A program made the translations under genes and the position numbers. The notes beneath the pieces were generated by a model. The model had not been told where the DNA came from. It was given only the letters and a program-made list of their open reading frames with translations, and searched no databases. Of a stretch of 64,000 nucleotides of DNA, positions 8,724-17,554 are shown one piece after another; position 1 is the stretch's first letter, and each line of letters starts with the position of its first letter. The stretch is from Candidatus Marinacidobacterales bacterium (GTDB taxonomy: Bacteria; Acidobacteriota; Vicinamibacteria; Marinacidobacterales; DATDRI01): assembly GCA_965226495.1 (NCBI GenBank), contig OZ245365.1, forward strand, positions 2,336,001-2,400,000, written 5' to 3'.

Positions 8724-10173
8724 CCGAATCCATCACGGCGATGAGGCGCAGCTCGACGCCGGGAGTGCCGACTCTCAAGCGATCTCCCGCGGCGAGAACC
8801 GCCTTCGTTTCGATCCGTTTTTCGTTGAGAAAGCAACCGTAGCTGCTGTGATCCTCGAGCAAGACTCGATCGTCGAGACGATAGATGCTGCAATGGGAAT
8901 GTGAGATTCCGGCGGTCGATCCGGCTCGCTCTGCCAGGTCAATACCGCGCCTTCCCTCCGGCACCGTCAGTCCTATTACGAAAGGCTCCGACGTGATCGA
9001 GTGGGCGAGTCCTTCATATAGAACGTGTGTCGGTGCTCGCGAGCCTTGAGGGCGGTCCGTGACGACCGGAGCCGGGGGGCCCACGACGTCAGCGCTTCCT
9101 GGAATGGTATCGCTCTGTGTGATGCGGGTGACGAAGGGTAGCTCTTCTCCTGCCTCTCCAGGGTGAGCGGAGCGAAAGTGTTTGACCAACTTCAGGGCAC
9201 CTTTCGCACCGGCCGCGCCGGGGAGAGCCACTAGGTTCTCATTGGCCAGTCTCAAGAACTCCTCTAGCCCGGGAAGCTCGGTCATTCGTTTCGACAAGAG
9301 CAGGGTCGCTTGCTGCCCGGCGGGTTCCAGTGCTTTGGCGAGCCGCGCGAGGGTTTCATAGAGCGGTTGGGCACAGGCCACAATCTGCTCGCGGGTGATT
9401 TCGATTGCGTGATCCTTCCCCGCGGCCTCCATGACGAGAGTGACTCTGTCCTCTCGTTGAAGCTCGTCGAGCCATCCTGGCAGGCGAAGGTAGAGAGCTT
9501 GCTCGCTCTCACCTCGATGAAGGGGGTCGAAACGGGTGGTGCGGACGAAAACTTGAGCAATGAGCCTCACCCAAGCGTCGAACAACGCGACGAGACCGAC
9601 CTCGTCGTTTACCTCGATGCGTGCCCGCTTCACTTCGCCTCTCACTTGTGGGTCGCGCTCGACTCTCGTGGCCACCGTTCGATGCAGGTGAAGATCCAGG
9701 TGAATGGCCACGGGTGTCGGGCTGGACGCCTCGTCGGAGAGCCCGGACAGAGTGGAGGAAGCTACCGAAGAATCGATCATTCCCGTTACAGGCATCCCGC
9801 ACGCGCGGGCGATTCCTAAGACGAGTCCCAACTGTTTCTGCGAAAAACATCCGGGTATTGCCAAAACGACGTCATCGGTTCGTTCCCGAGTGGACTCCCA
9901 AATCTCTTTGAGATGGGCGTGAGCTAGATCGGCGCGCCGAAGGGTTTTGGGAAAAGGCCGAGGGAGGGGTGTCGTATCGAGCTCTTCCCAGAAGCGGTCG
10001 TATGTCCACCGCGGTTTCAGCCGGGCGCGGCTCGCCGCGTTACGTCCGGTGAGGAGGGTTTCTCCGTCCAGGACGACGACACCAGGACTAGGAGAAATGG
10101 CCCCGGTTTCCGGATCGGAATCGCGCACCGCTTCGATGCCGATGTCGTTGAGCTCTATCGCCAAAACACTCAT
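8710..10173 (-). CDS. degenerate Hsp70/actin-like fold + C-terminal FHA domain protein
   Basis: 'VVLAIPGCFSQKQLGLVLGIARACGM' resembles DnaK VITVPAYF..QR; C-terminal 'GISHSHC...LEDHSSYGCFLN...LAAGDRLRVG' is FHA. Confidence 0.7.
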   Translation of the reverse strand: MSVLAIELNDIGIEAVRDSDPETGAISPSPGVVVLDGETLLTGRNAASRARLKPRWTYDRFWEELDTTPLPRPFPKTLRRADLAHAHLKEIWESTRERTDDVVLAIPGCFSQKQLGLVLGIARACGMPVTGMIDSSVASSTLSGLSDEASSPTPVAIHLDLHLHRTVATRVERDPQVRGEVKRARIEVNDEVGLVALFDAWVRLIAQVFVRTTRFDPLHRGESEQALYLRLPGWLDELQREDRVTLVMEAAGKDHAIEITREQIVACAQPLYETLARLAKALEPAGQQATLLLSKRMTELPGLEEFLRLANENLVALPGAAGAKGALKLVKHFRSAHPGEAGEELPFVTRITQSDTIPGSADVVGPPAPVVTDRPQGSRAPTHVLYEGLAHSITSEPFVIGLTVPEGRRGIDLAERAGSTAGISHSHCSIYRLDDRVLLEDHSSYGCFLNEKRIETKAVLAAGDRLRVGTPGVELRLIAVMDSDGTP

Positions 10174-10178
10174 CGCGA

Positions 10179-10976
10179 CTATGAAACTCGAAGATGTTGG
10201 ATGAGGTGTTGGTCAAGGTAGGTCTCGGTGTCGGCTACCAGCCGTTCCTGTTGAAGCTGCAGCTGGTGAAGGAGGAACATGAGCACGATACTGATCAGGA
10301 GCGCGATAAAGGTGGAATTGAAAGCAACACCCAGACTTTGAGTGACGCCCGCGATGTCTCCTTCAACTGCCTTGTGCGCCTGCCCGAGGGCCTCGCCGAT
10401 ACCGCGGACGGTCCCGATGAATCCGATCGAAGGAATGGCCCACGCGATGTAGCGAACCATCGACAGCTCGGAGTCCAATCGCTCCGACTCCGCCTCGGCG
10501 ACGCCGTGAGCGGTCGTAGAGACGTCTTGAATGTTGCGTGTGGCACCGAAGCGGGCCAGCGCCGAGAGCACAGCGCGCGGAAGCAGCAGACGTTGCTGGG
10601 AATCCGGCAGGGCTTGGATCTGACGTGCATACTCGCGCGCATCTTCCGGCAAGATCTTGGTTCCCTCGGCGACGGGAACCAGATCTAGCTCGAGCAGTTT
10701 TTTCTCGCGTGCAGCGTCCGTCGCCTTGTGCGACATGATGGCCATGGCCCATAGCATCAAGACGAAACAAGATTCTTGCTCGAAGTCGCGGATGATCACG
10801 AAGACCGATCGCTCCGGAACATAGTTTTCGCCGGTCTCCATGAGTGCTTGTTGTTCAGCTAGGATGTAATCCGCTCGCGGACGAACAACGAGGACGTAGA
10901 TGGCATGCACGATGATGATGGCGACGATCAAGGACACGGTTTGGAACACGAACTCCACTGGGTATGCTTTCTTCAT
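10179..10976 (-). CDS. MotA/TolQ/ExbB proton-channel family protein
   Basis: 'WAIPSIGFIGTVRGI' and 'LGVAFNSTFIALLISIVL' TM pair, plus two N-terminal TMs. Confidence 0.9.
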   Translation of the reverse strand: MKKAYPVEFVFQTVSLIVAIIIVHAIYVLVVRPRADYILAEQQALMETGENYVPERSVFVIIRDFEQESCFVLMLWAMAIMSHKATDAAREKKLLELDLVPVAEGTKILPEDAREYARQIQALPDSQQRLLLPRAVLSALARFGATRNIQDVSTTAHGVAEAESERLDSELSMVRYIAWAIPSIGFIGTVRGIGEALGQAHKAVEGDIAGVTQSLGVAFNSTFIALLISIVLMFLLHQLQLQQERLVADTETYLDQHLIQHLRVS

Positions 10977-10990
10977 TCGCCAAGCACCTT

Positions 10991-11224
10991 TCAGATGTCT
11001 ACCGGGAACGAGATGGCGCTATCAACGGGAACCTTCTCCGAGGGGGTGAAGGACTCCAGCTCTTCTTCTTGTTGTGCTTTTGTTTTGGAGTCCTTCTCCT
11101 GTGAAGAGGGCTCCTCCGCTTCTTTGCTTTCAGGCGGTTCACTAGGTGGGGGTGACTGTTGGGTTCCCATCACCGCGCCACCCGCGATCGCGGTGGCCAG
11201 GATCGTATAGAGCAAATATCTCAT
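10991..11224 (-). CDS. small exported protein
   Basis: Signal peptide, acidic/Pro linker, C-terminal FTPSEKVPVDSAISFPVDI; GAGG RBS. Confidence 0.75.
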   Translation of the reverse strand: MRYLLYTILATAIAGGAVMGTQQSPPPSEPPESKEAEEPSSQEKDSKTKAQQEEELESFTPSEKVPVDSAISFPVDI

Positions 11225-11244
11225 CGGTCGTTCCTCGTCTTTAA

Positions 11245-11550
11245 TGCATCAGTGCGCGCTCACTCTTCGTTCGCGCGCTTGGCCTCGCTCCTCGCTCGGC
11301 TTCTCGCTGTCGGCCCACTCGGGCCGGGCTCGCTCCGCTCGCGAGGGTGCGGTGAATTTCGTGAGCACCCTCTCGTGCATCAGTGCGCGCTCAGTCATTA
11401 ATTGATGGCGCGGGGCCCCACCCCCACGCCTCATGCTCCGTCGACTGGCGACTGCGCATGGGCTCATGGCTGTCGCTTCCGCGGGGCGCCACCCCCACGG
11501 CTCGTCCCTTCGCCGACAAGCGGCTGCGGGACGGCTGACGGCTCTGCTCG
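11245..11550. repeat. structured intergenic repeat element (MITE/REP-like)
   Basis: 18-bp direct repeat TGCATCAGTGCGCGCTCA (11245-11262, 11376-11393); 20-bp repeat CGCGGGGC(C/G)CCACCCCCACG (11409-11428, 11480-11499); hairpin GAGGGTGC...GCACCCTC. Confidence 0.6.
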
Positions 11551-11557
11551 GCGTGTA

Positions 11558-13975
11558 TCATTCGGCGTATCGGGCTATTCTAAAGCCCAAATCGGGCCGT
11601 GGCTTATTGCCGTAGTCGCGATAGCTGAGCCGCAATTCGGTAACGCTGCCGTCCATCCAGCTCGACCCGCGGATCGCGTAGAGCTCGCCCTCTTTTGGCC
11701 CCAGTGGATCCTTGGCTATTTCGGCTCCGGATGGATAGATGGTGTAATAGTCGTGCATCCACTCCGCAACGTTCCCGCCCAAGTTCAATATTCCTAGCGG
11801 ATTAGGCGGAAAGCCCTCCGCCGGAGCCGTTGCGGGGTAAGAATCGTCGTACTGGGGGAGTGTGGTCGGGACCAAGCCGCGTGCAGACGCGTCGGCATAG
11901 TTGCCGGAGTTGGCGGCCACTGGGAGAGAGTCGCCCCATGGGTACTTTCGTCCCGCTTGACCGTCTGGGTAACGGGCGACGCGAACCCACTCGGCTTCCG
12001 TCGGCAGACGGTAACCCATGGTGGGCGGCACCACTGCGACGAGGCTTCCCCCGCGTGAGTCGTATGCCGGAGGCCACGATTCTTTTTGGCTCAGCCAATT
12101 GCAGTATCGCGCCGCGGCCGACCAGGTGACGCGGACGACGGGATGGTGATCGATATCCAAGTTCAGCCCGGCCACGCGTCCCGAACGATGCTTCGGATCG
12201 AGCTTACGAAACTGTTGGTTGGTCACTTCCTGCACCGCAAGATAATAACGTCGCGACAGCTCGACCTCGCGGAGGGTCTCGTTGGCACGCCGTCCTGGTT
12301 CGCGTCTCGACGCTCCCATGCGGAAACGGGCGGGCTGGATGAGACGTAACTGGTGGCCTTCCGAAGTGGTGATCACAGCCGGCGTCAATGCCGCCTTGGC
12401 TTCTTCGAGCGTTCTCAGGGTTACTTCGATCGATTGTGGAAAGCCTGGCCTTGGTGTGAGCGTGGTGGTAAACGCTTCGTAACCCTCTTTGCGTACTTCG
12501 ATCTGTTGGGGCAGGGCGACGAGGCTTAGTGTTTGGTTAGCCGAGCCTCGCTCCTCGCCATTCACATACAACACCGCATCCGGCGGATCGCTGACCACTT
12601 CCAATTTTCCGAGCAGAGGGGCGAGCTCGATACTCAGGGTTTGCTCACTCCCGGATTCGATTCGCGCTTCCTGTGTCTGCGTTTCGTAGCCAGCTCGGGA
12701 CACTTCGACTTGATGGCCCACTCTCGGCTGCAAGTCGACCGTCAACGGAGTCTCTCCGCTATAGACGCCATCGACTGTCACGGTGGCTCCGGGTGGGTTG
12801 CTCTCGACGGTCAGCAGTCCGTCCGCCACCGTGAGCCGAGCAGTGGGGAGAGTCTGCGCCTCACCCGCGACCACGGCGAGTCCACTTCGATACGGTTTAT
12901 GTCCTTTCAGCATAAGCGTGAAAGTGTGAGCGCCTTCCATGAGATCCGCCGTTAATGGCGTGCTGCCGATCCCCAGGCCGTTGACCTCCACGGTTGCGCC
13001 CGGAGGTTGGGATGTGAACGAGATAGCGCCCCAGCGCGGTTCGAGCACCGCGTCGAGAGTCTCGGTGCTTCCGGCGCCCTCAATGTGCACGCGGGTCAAG
13101 AAGTCTTTGTGGTTTTCGGCGCGGATCAACACTTCGTGCTCGCCAGGGGGAAGCTCTAGTTCCGCGACCGGGGTGACGCCGATCTCCTCGCCGTCTATCG
13201 TTACGACTGCGCCTTCCGATGGCACCGTCGATAACACGAGGACGCCGGGCCGTTTCGTGAGGACGAAGAGCAGGCGTTGGTTCCGCTCATCGGTGACGGT
13301 CACCTCCGTCTCGACCGGTCGATAACCTTCCTTTTCGATGACCACGGTGTGTTTGCCTTGTCGAAGCATGTATCGCCCACCGAGCTCGAGTTTGAAATAG
13401 GTGTTTTGGAAATCGATTTGCGCTTCCCCGGGCTCGGTTTCGACCAGGACCGATCGCGCGGTGAAGACGAAATACGCTGCCGCTGCCAAAAGAGCGAGAG
13501 ACGTCCAGAGAACAACCTCACGGGTGCGGATGGGGGGACGCTCCCGGTGGGTAGGCCCGACGCGGACTGGCTCGAACGCAATCGGTTTGACCGCTGCCCC
13601 GGAGATATCGGACGTCCCGGGCATCCCGGAAGGGGGGTGTTCGGTGGGAGGAAGGACCGGCGGATCGGTTTTCTGCGCCGTCTTCCATTTCTCGACGCGG
13701 AGGCGAATCTGCTCCTCTCCAAACTCGACGCTAACCTGCATCTTCCCGATCCGGACGACATCTCCGTCTCGCAGCCACCGAGATGTTTTCAGTAGCGTGC
13801 TATTGCAAAGGATCGGTAAATCGGAGCTCGCCGGCTGTACGAAGAGCTCTCCGTCGGCGGACCCGATATGGGCGCTGGTCTGGGCTCCGGGACTCCTGGG
13901 AAGCGCGAGCGGAAACTCGTCGGGTCTCACCCGTCGCGTGCCGCTTTCATCAACGAGGTAAACGGGTAGCATCAA
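11558..13975 (-). CDS. FHA-like + TM + PEGA repeats + SUMF1/FGE-sulfatase-like domain protein
   Basis: Repeated 'S.PPGATV.VNG...G.TPL' PEGA units; C-terminal FRMGAS, EVTNQQF, HPVVRVTW..AARYCNWLS, YRLPTEAEW, GNVAEW, GFRIAR. Confidence 0.9.
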   Translation of the reverse strand: MMLPVYLVDESGTRRVRPDEFPLALPRSPGAQTSAHIGSADGELFVQPASSDLPILCNSTLLKTSRWLRDGDVVRIGKMQVSVEFGEEQIRLRVEKWKTAQKTDPPVLPPTEHPPSGMPGTSDISGAAVKPIAFEPVRVGPTHRERPPIRTREVVLWTSLALLAAAAYFVFTARSVLVETEPGEAQIDFQNTYFKLELGGRYMLRQGKHTVVIEKEGYRPVETEVTVTDERNQRLLFVLTKRPGVLVLSTVPSEGAVVTIDGEEIGVTPVAELELPPGEHEVLIRAENHKDFLTRVHIEGAGSTETLDAVLEPRWGAISFTSQPPGATVEVNGLGIGSTPLTADLMEGAHTFTLMLKGHKPYRSGLAVVAGEAQTLPTARLTVADGLLTVESNPPGATVTVDGVYSGETPLTVDLQPRVGHQVEVSRAGYETQTQEARIESGSEQTLSIELAPLLGKLEVVSDPPDAVLYVNGEERGSANQTLSLVALPQQIEVRKEGYEAFTTTLTPRPGFPQSIEVTLRTLEEAKAALTPAVITTSEGHQLRLIQPARFRMGASRREPGRRANETLREVELSRRYYLAVQEVTNQQFRKLDPKHRSGRVAGLNLDIDHHPVVRVTWSAAARYCNWLSQKESWPPAYDSRGGSLVAVVPPTMGYRLPTEAEWVRVARYPDGQAGRKYPWGDSLPVAANSGNYADASARGLVPTTLPQYDDSYPATAPAEGFPPNPLGILNLGGNVAEWMHDYYTIYPSGAEIAKDPLGPKEGELYAIRGSSWMDGSVTELRLSYRDYGNKPRPDLGFRIARYAE

Positions 13976-16353
13976 ATCTCTTCCTCGCAGCGAACGACGA
14001 GTGGGGAAAGTGAGTTGCCGGCTTCGACGACGAGTTTCAGGCGAACATCGCGGTAGCCTGGCCGGCTTCCAACGACCGTGTAGGTGCCCGGACGAAGCTG
14101 GAGGGTATGTTGATCGAACCTACCCAACCGGCCGACTTTGTAGACGACGATTTCGGTTTTATTGTCCGATTGGAGTTGAACGGGAATCAGCGTCGACGCG
14201 TCGCGGATGGTTTTGTCGAGCGTACGTCGTTGTTGTTCGAGGCGCGGCCCCGACGGCTCGATTTGAGATGCGGTCTCGAGAACAGCAGACGCGGTTTGAA
14301 GCACCTTGATGTCAGAAAGGCGCTCGGCATTCTTGATATGGAAATCCAGTTGATCCGAGAGCGCGGCCCGACGGTCGGTCTTCTCCTTGCCCTCTTGAGC
14401 GAATCGAATCGTAGCGTCCAACTCGAGGACCGCGTCGTAGTGCTCGGCCGCCTTGTGCCACTCTTCTCTCGATTCGAGGTCCGCGGCGTTCTCGCGATGG
14501 AGGGCTATTACCTGAAGCCGCAGACCTTCTTCTGCTTGCGCGATCCCTTCTGCAACCTGGGCGGCGGCGCGCGGTTTGATACTGCCGGCTCGCTGGAAGG
14601 CTTCGCGCGCGGCTCGATAGTCTTCACGGTTGATAGCGGAGACACCCTCGGACATAGCCGCACGAAAGGCACCATCGGTCATGGCTCGTTCGACGCGGCC
14701 CAATGCGTCCCTGGCTGACCGCGACGCAGAGTCTAAAGAGAGTCCTTTCTTGTAGCTGTCAGCCGCTTGGTCTAGATCGCCATTCCTTTCGTGCTCCGCA
14801 CCCTGCGCGAGCAATGACACGACTTCATTGGAGACGCCCGCTCGCCTTAGACCGGCGAGCGCGGTTCGATTGTTGGGATCGACCTGCATGGCAAGCTCGA
14901 AGGCGACCCTGGCCGCGCCCGAGTCACCGCTGGCGAGGGCTGTCTGTCCATCGGCCAAGGCTTGACGTAAGACCTCTACGGCTCGAGAGGACAAGGTCTG
15001 AAAGCCGGCGACCGCCTCTTCATAGGCCTCGAGAGCGTGCGCATACTCGCGACCGCGGAGTTGATCGTCACCCCGATCGAGGGCGGCCATCGCGGCGGGG
15101 TATTTTTCGCCGCCCCAAATCGAGACGCTCTTTGCCTGGAGCTCGTCGCGCCACCGGACGGCGGCCTCGCGTGCTTGTTCGGCGAGTGTCTTAAGCTCCG
15201 CTTCCTGTCGCAGATCGGAAACGGCCGAGGGCTGGACGTTCTGAATTCGCTCAGGGGGGGGAAGGGATGACGCCGGTCCGTGGGACGGATCACCCTGCAT
15301 AGACTGCCTGGCCGGCGACCCGCTAGGTGCCCAACGGGGGAGGAAGACGAAGACGGCGATGGTGGCGAGAATGAGGACCCCGAGGGTGGCAATTGTCGTC
15401 CATCCCAAACCGCCGCCGGAGGATACTCTCGATCGAATCGGCGCAGCTCCGGGCGGGGCTGCCGGTTTGATCTTCTCGATGCGCGGCGGTGGCGTGACGT
15501 TTATTTTCGATGGCACTCTCGACGGGACTGCCGGCTTGGCCCTTGGAGAAATTGGCCCGACGACCGACTTCCTGATCGACGCCAGGGTTGCCTTGACCTC
15601 TGCCATATCGTTTGGACGGTCTGCGGGGTCGTCGCTGAATAAGGACGCCAATAGCGACGTGAGCTCCTCCGGCAACTGTGGGTGATCGCTCAAGAGATCA
15701 TAGAGGAGAGCGCCTAACGCATAAATGTCGTCGGCGCGCGTCGGCTCGTCGCCGGCGCGTTGCTGCGGGCTCATGCTGGAAGGCGATCCCCCACCGGAGA
15801 TTTCCGAAGGGGTCGACCGCGAGTCGAGCAACCCGGCGATGCCGAAGTCGAGCAACTGTGGCTCGCCGTGTCGATCCAACAAGACGTTGGCCGCTTTGAG
15901 ATCGCGGTGTACGACGCCTTGCCGGTGCGCGTAATCGAGCGCATGCGTCACCGGTAGCAGTACGTCCAAGATCTCTTCTAAGGGATGACCTCGAAGCTGA
16001 CCAATGTCTTCTCCCTCGACGTATGCCATGGAGATGAAGCGGACGCCTTCTTCGTCGTGCACGTCGTAGACGCGTACGATGTTCGGGTGAACGAGGCCAC
16101 GAGCATTCCGGCACTCGCGTTTGAGAAGCGCTACCCGTTCGTCGGAGTATCCCTGCGCATCATCCGGCGCGAGCACTTTGACGACGACCTGCTCTTCGAG
16201 CTCCTGGTCCTCGACCAGCCAGACTTCGCCCATTCCTCCCTGGCCGAGAGGACGGATTAGGGTAAAGCGTCGGCCGAGTGATTGGCCACGGGCCAGCGCC
16301 GCCATGGAGCTCCGGTCGCGCGCCTCAGGGATTGGATGGCCCCGGCTCGGCAA
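13972..16353 (-). CDS. membrane Ser/Thr protein kinase with extracytoplasmic TPR-like repeats
   Basis: GQGGMGEV, VVK, HRDLKAAN, DFG; TM 'IATLGVLILATIAVFVFL'; helical repeats; start may be ATG 16305. Confidence 0.9.
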   Translation of the reverse strand: MPSRGHPIPEARDRSSMAALARGQSLGRRFTLIRPLGQGGMGEVWLVEDQELEEQVVVKVLAPDDAQGYSDERVALLKRECRNARGLVHPNIVRVYDVHDEEGVRFISMAYVEGEDIGQLRGHPLEEILDVLLPVTHALDYAHRQGVVHRDLKAANVLLDRHGEPQLLDFGIAGLLDSRSTPSEISGGGSPSSMSPQQRAGDEPTRADDIYALGALLYDLLSDHPQLPEELTSLLASLFSDDPADRPNDMAEVKATLASIRKSVVGPISPRAKPAVPSRVPSKINVTPPPRIEKIKPAAPPGAAPIRSRVSSGGGLGWTTIATLGVLILATIAVFVFLPRWAPSGSPARQSMQGDPSHGPASSLPPPERIQNVQPSAVSDLRQEAELKTLAEQAREAAVRWRDELQAKSVSIWGGEKYPAAMAALDRGDDQLRGREYAHALEAYEEAVAGFQTLSSRAVEVLRQALADGQTALASGDSGAARVAFELAMQVDPNNRTALAGLRRAGVSNEVVSLLAQGAEHERNGDLDQAADSYKKGLSLDSASRSARDALGRVERAMTDGAFRAAMSEGVSAINREDYRAAREAFQRAGSIKPRAAAQVAEGIAQAEEGLRLQVIALHRENAADLESREEWHKAAEHYDAVLELDATIRFAQEGKEKTDRRAALSDQLDFHIKNAERLSDIKVLQTASAVLETASQIEPSGPRLEQQRRTLDKTIRDASTLIPVQLQSDNKTEIVVYKVGRLGRFDQHTLQLRPGTYTVVGSRPGYRDVRLKLVVEAGNSLSPLVVRCEEEI

Positions 16354-17551
16354 GCGGTGTCTCGGAGTTGGGATCTATGGGGAGTCCGGTTTCGGAAGCA
16401 AAGATTTTGCGAAGGAGATTACGCCAAGTCGTGTATTGGGTTTCGACGGATCCGGTTAGTCGGGTGACCTCGCCTTCCATATCGATGAGCAGGGGAGCGA
16501 TGTCCGCATCCAAGGAGGCGGCGAGCTCCTTGAGAGCCTCGCGGTGCATCTTGGCTTCTTCCATTTTGGACATCCCGTCGGCCATGACCATCCCGCCGAT
16601 GACGGACACACCGCCCCTTCTGGTGGCGATTCCACCGGCCATGGCTCCAACGCCGGCGAGCATTCTGATCCAGGCTTCTTTCCTCATCCGAGCAAGCCTG
16701 ACCTCTTCTTCGTAGCTGAAGGCTCTCCAGTCGTCATAGGGTGCGTCCATCTTCAAGTAGAAGTTGGCGTAGAACTCGTTCAGCGTGTCGATGAACATGA
16801 AATCCCGCTCGCGAATGTCGTTGACGCGCACCATCATCGGATCGCCGTGCGCCGGGAGCTTCTCGATCGAGTACCGCCCTTTCTTGTCGACTTTCAAATA
16901 TTCCTCGAACGGAGTCGGTGCTAGGTCCACCGCGAACTTGAGCTGTGACAGCAAGCGCACTTGCTGGATGTCTTTTTCGTCGAGCTTCCGTCGCTTCTCG
17001 AGGATATCGTTGGCGATCTCGTTATAAAGAAACTGATAAGGGTCTGGTTGCTCGGCGATACCCCTCTTCTTGGTGTAGGCGCTCACGCTGGCTTCTCGCT
17101 TGTACCGTTTCTTCAACCAACTTTGGCCGCGAGCGTCTAGGACGTGGATCTCGACCTCGAGGTTCTTTCCGTGCGACTTCCGGATGGTGCCGGACACCAT
17201 GACGTCCACCGCGTTCGCGGCGGGGACCACGCGAACCGCGCCCCAGTAACCCGTTGACTGAAGCGTTTGCTTCAACTGGAAGGGGATGTATCGAGCCTCG
17301 GATTTCCTCACGTCCGGAAAGACACCCTTTTCTTCCAAGTCGAAGAGGGCCTCCTCGTCTTCCGGCAAGCCGGGGTCGAACACGTGGATGCCGACGTCAA
17401 GAAGTTGTTCCTCGGGAATCTCGGTTTGCGCTTGGATGAGCTCAACCGGATCCTTGTTGCCGGCGTGTGTAGGCGAGGCGGTCAGGAACCCCAGCGCGAC
17501 AAAAGCCACAGGCACTATCAGTATTCGGGGTATGGAAAGTCGGCTCGGCAT
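16325..17551 (-). CDS. exported hypothetical protein with Gly-rich hydrophobic hairpin
   Basis: Signal peptide ending THA; 'MLAGVGAMAGGIATRRGGVSVIGGMVM' glycine-zipper-like segment; co-oriented in the operon. Confidence 0.75.
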   Translation of the reverse strand: MPSRLSIPRILIVPVAFVALGFLTASPTHAGNKDPVELIQAQTEIPEEQLLDVGIHVFDPGLPEDEEALFDLEEKGVFPDVRKSEARYIPFQLKQTLQSTGYWGAVRVVPAANAVDVMVSGTIRKSHGKNLEVEIHVLDARGQSWLKKRYKREASVSAYTKKRGIAEQPDPYQFLYNEIANDILEKRRKLDEKDIQQVRLLSQLKFAVDLAPTPFEEYLKVDKKGRYSIEKLPAHGDPMMVRVNDIRERDFMFIDTLNEFYANFYLKMDAPYDDWRAFSYEEEVRLARMRKEAWIRMLAGVGAMAGGIATRRGGVSVIGGMVMADGMSKMEEAKMHREALKELAASLDADIAPLLIDMEGEVTRLTGSVETQYTTWRNLLRKIFASETGLPIDPNSETPLAEPGPSNP

Positions 17552-17554
17552 CGT

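Noticed and set aside
11558-11700. SUMF1/C-lectin C-terminus as a diversity-generating retroelement target
   Set aside because: No template repeat differing at adenines and no reverse transcriptase in the window
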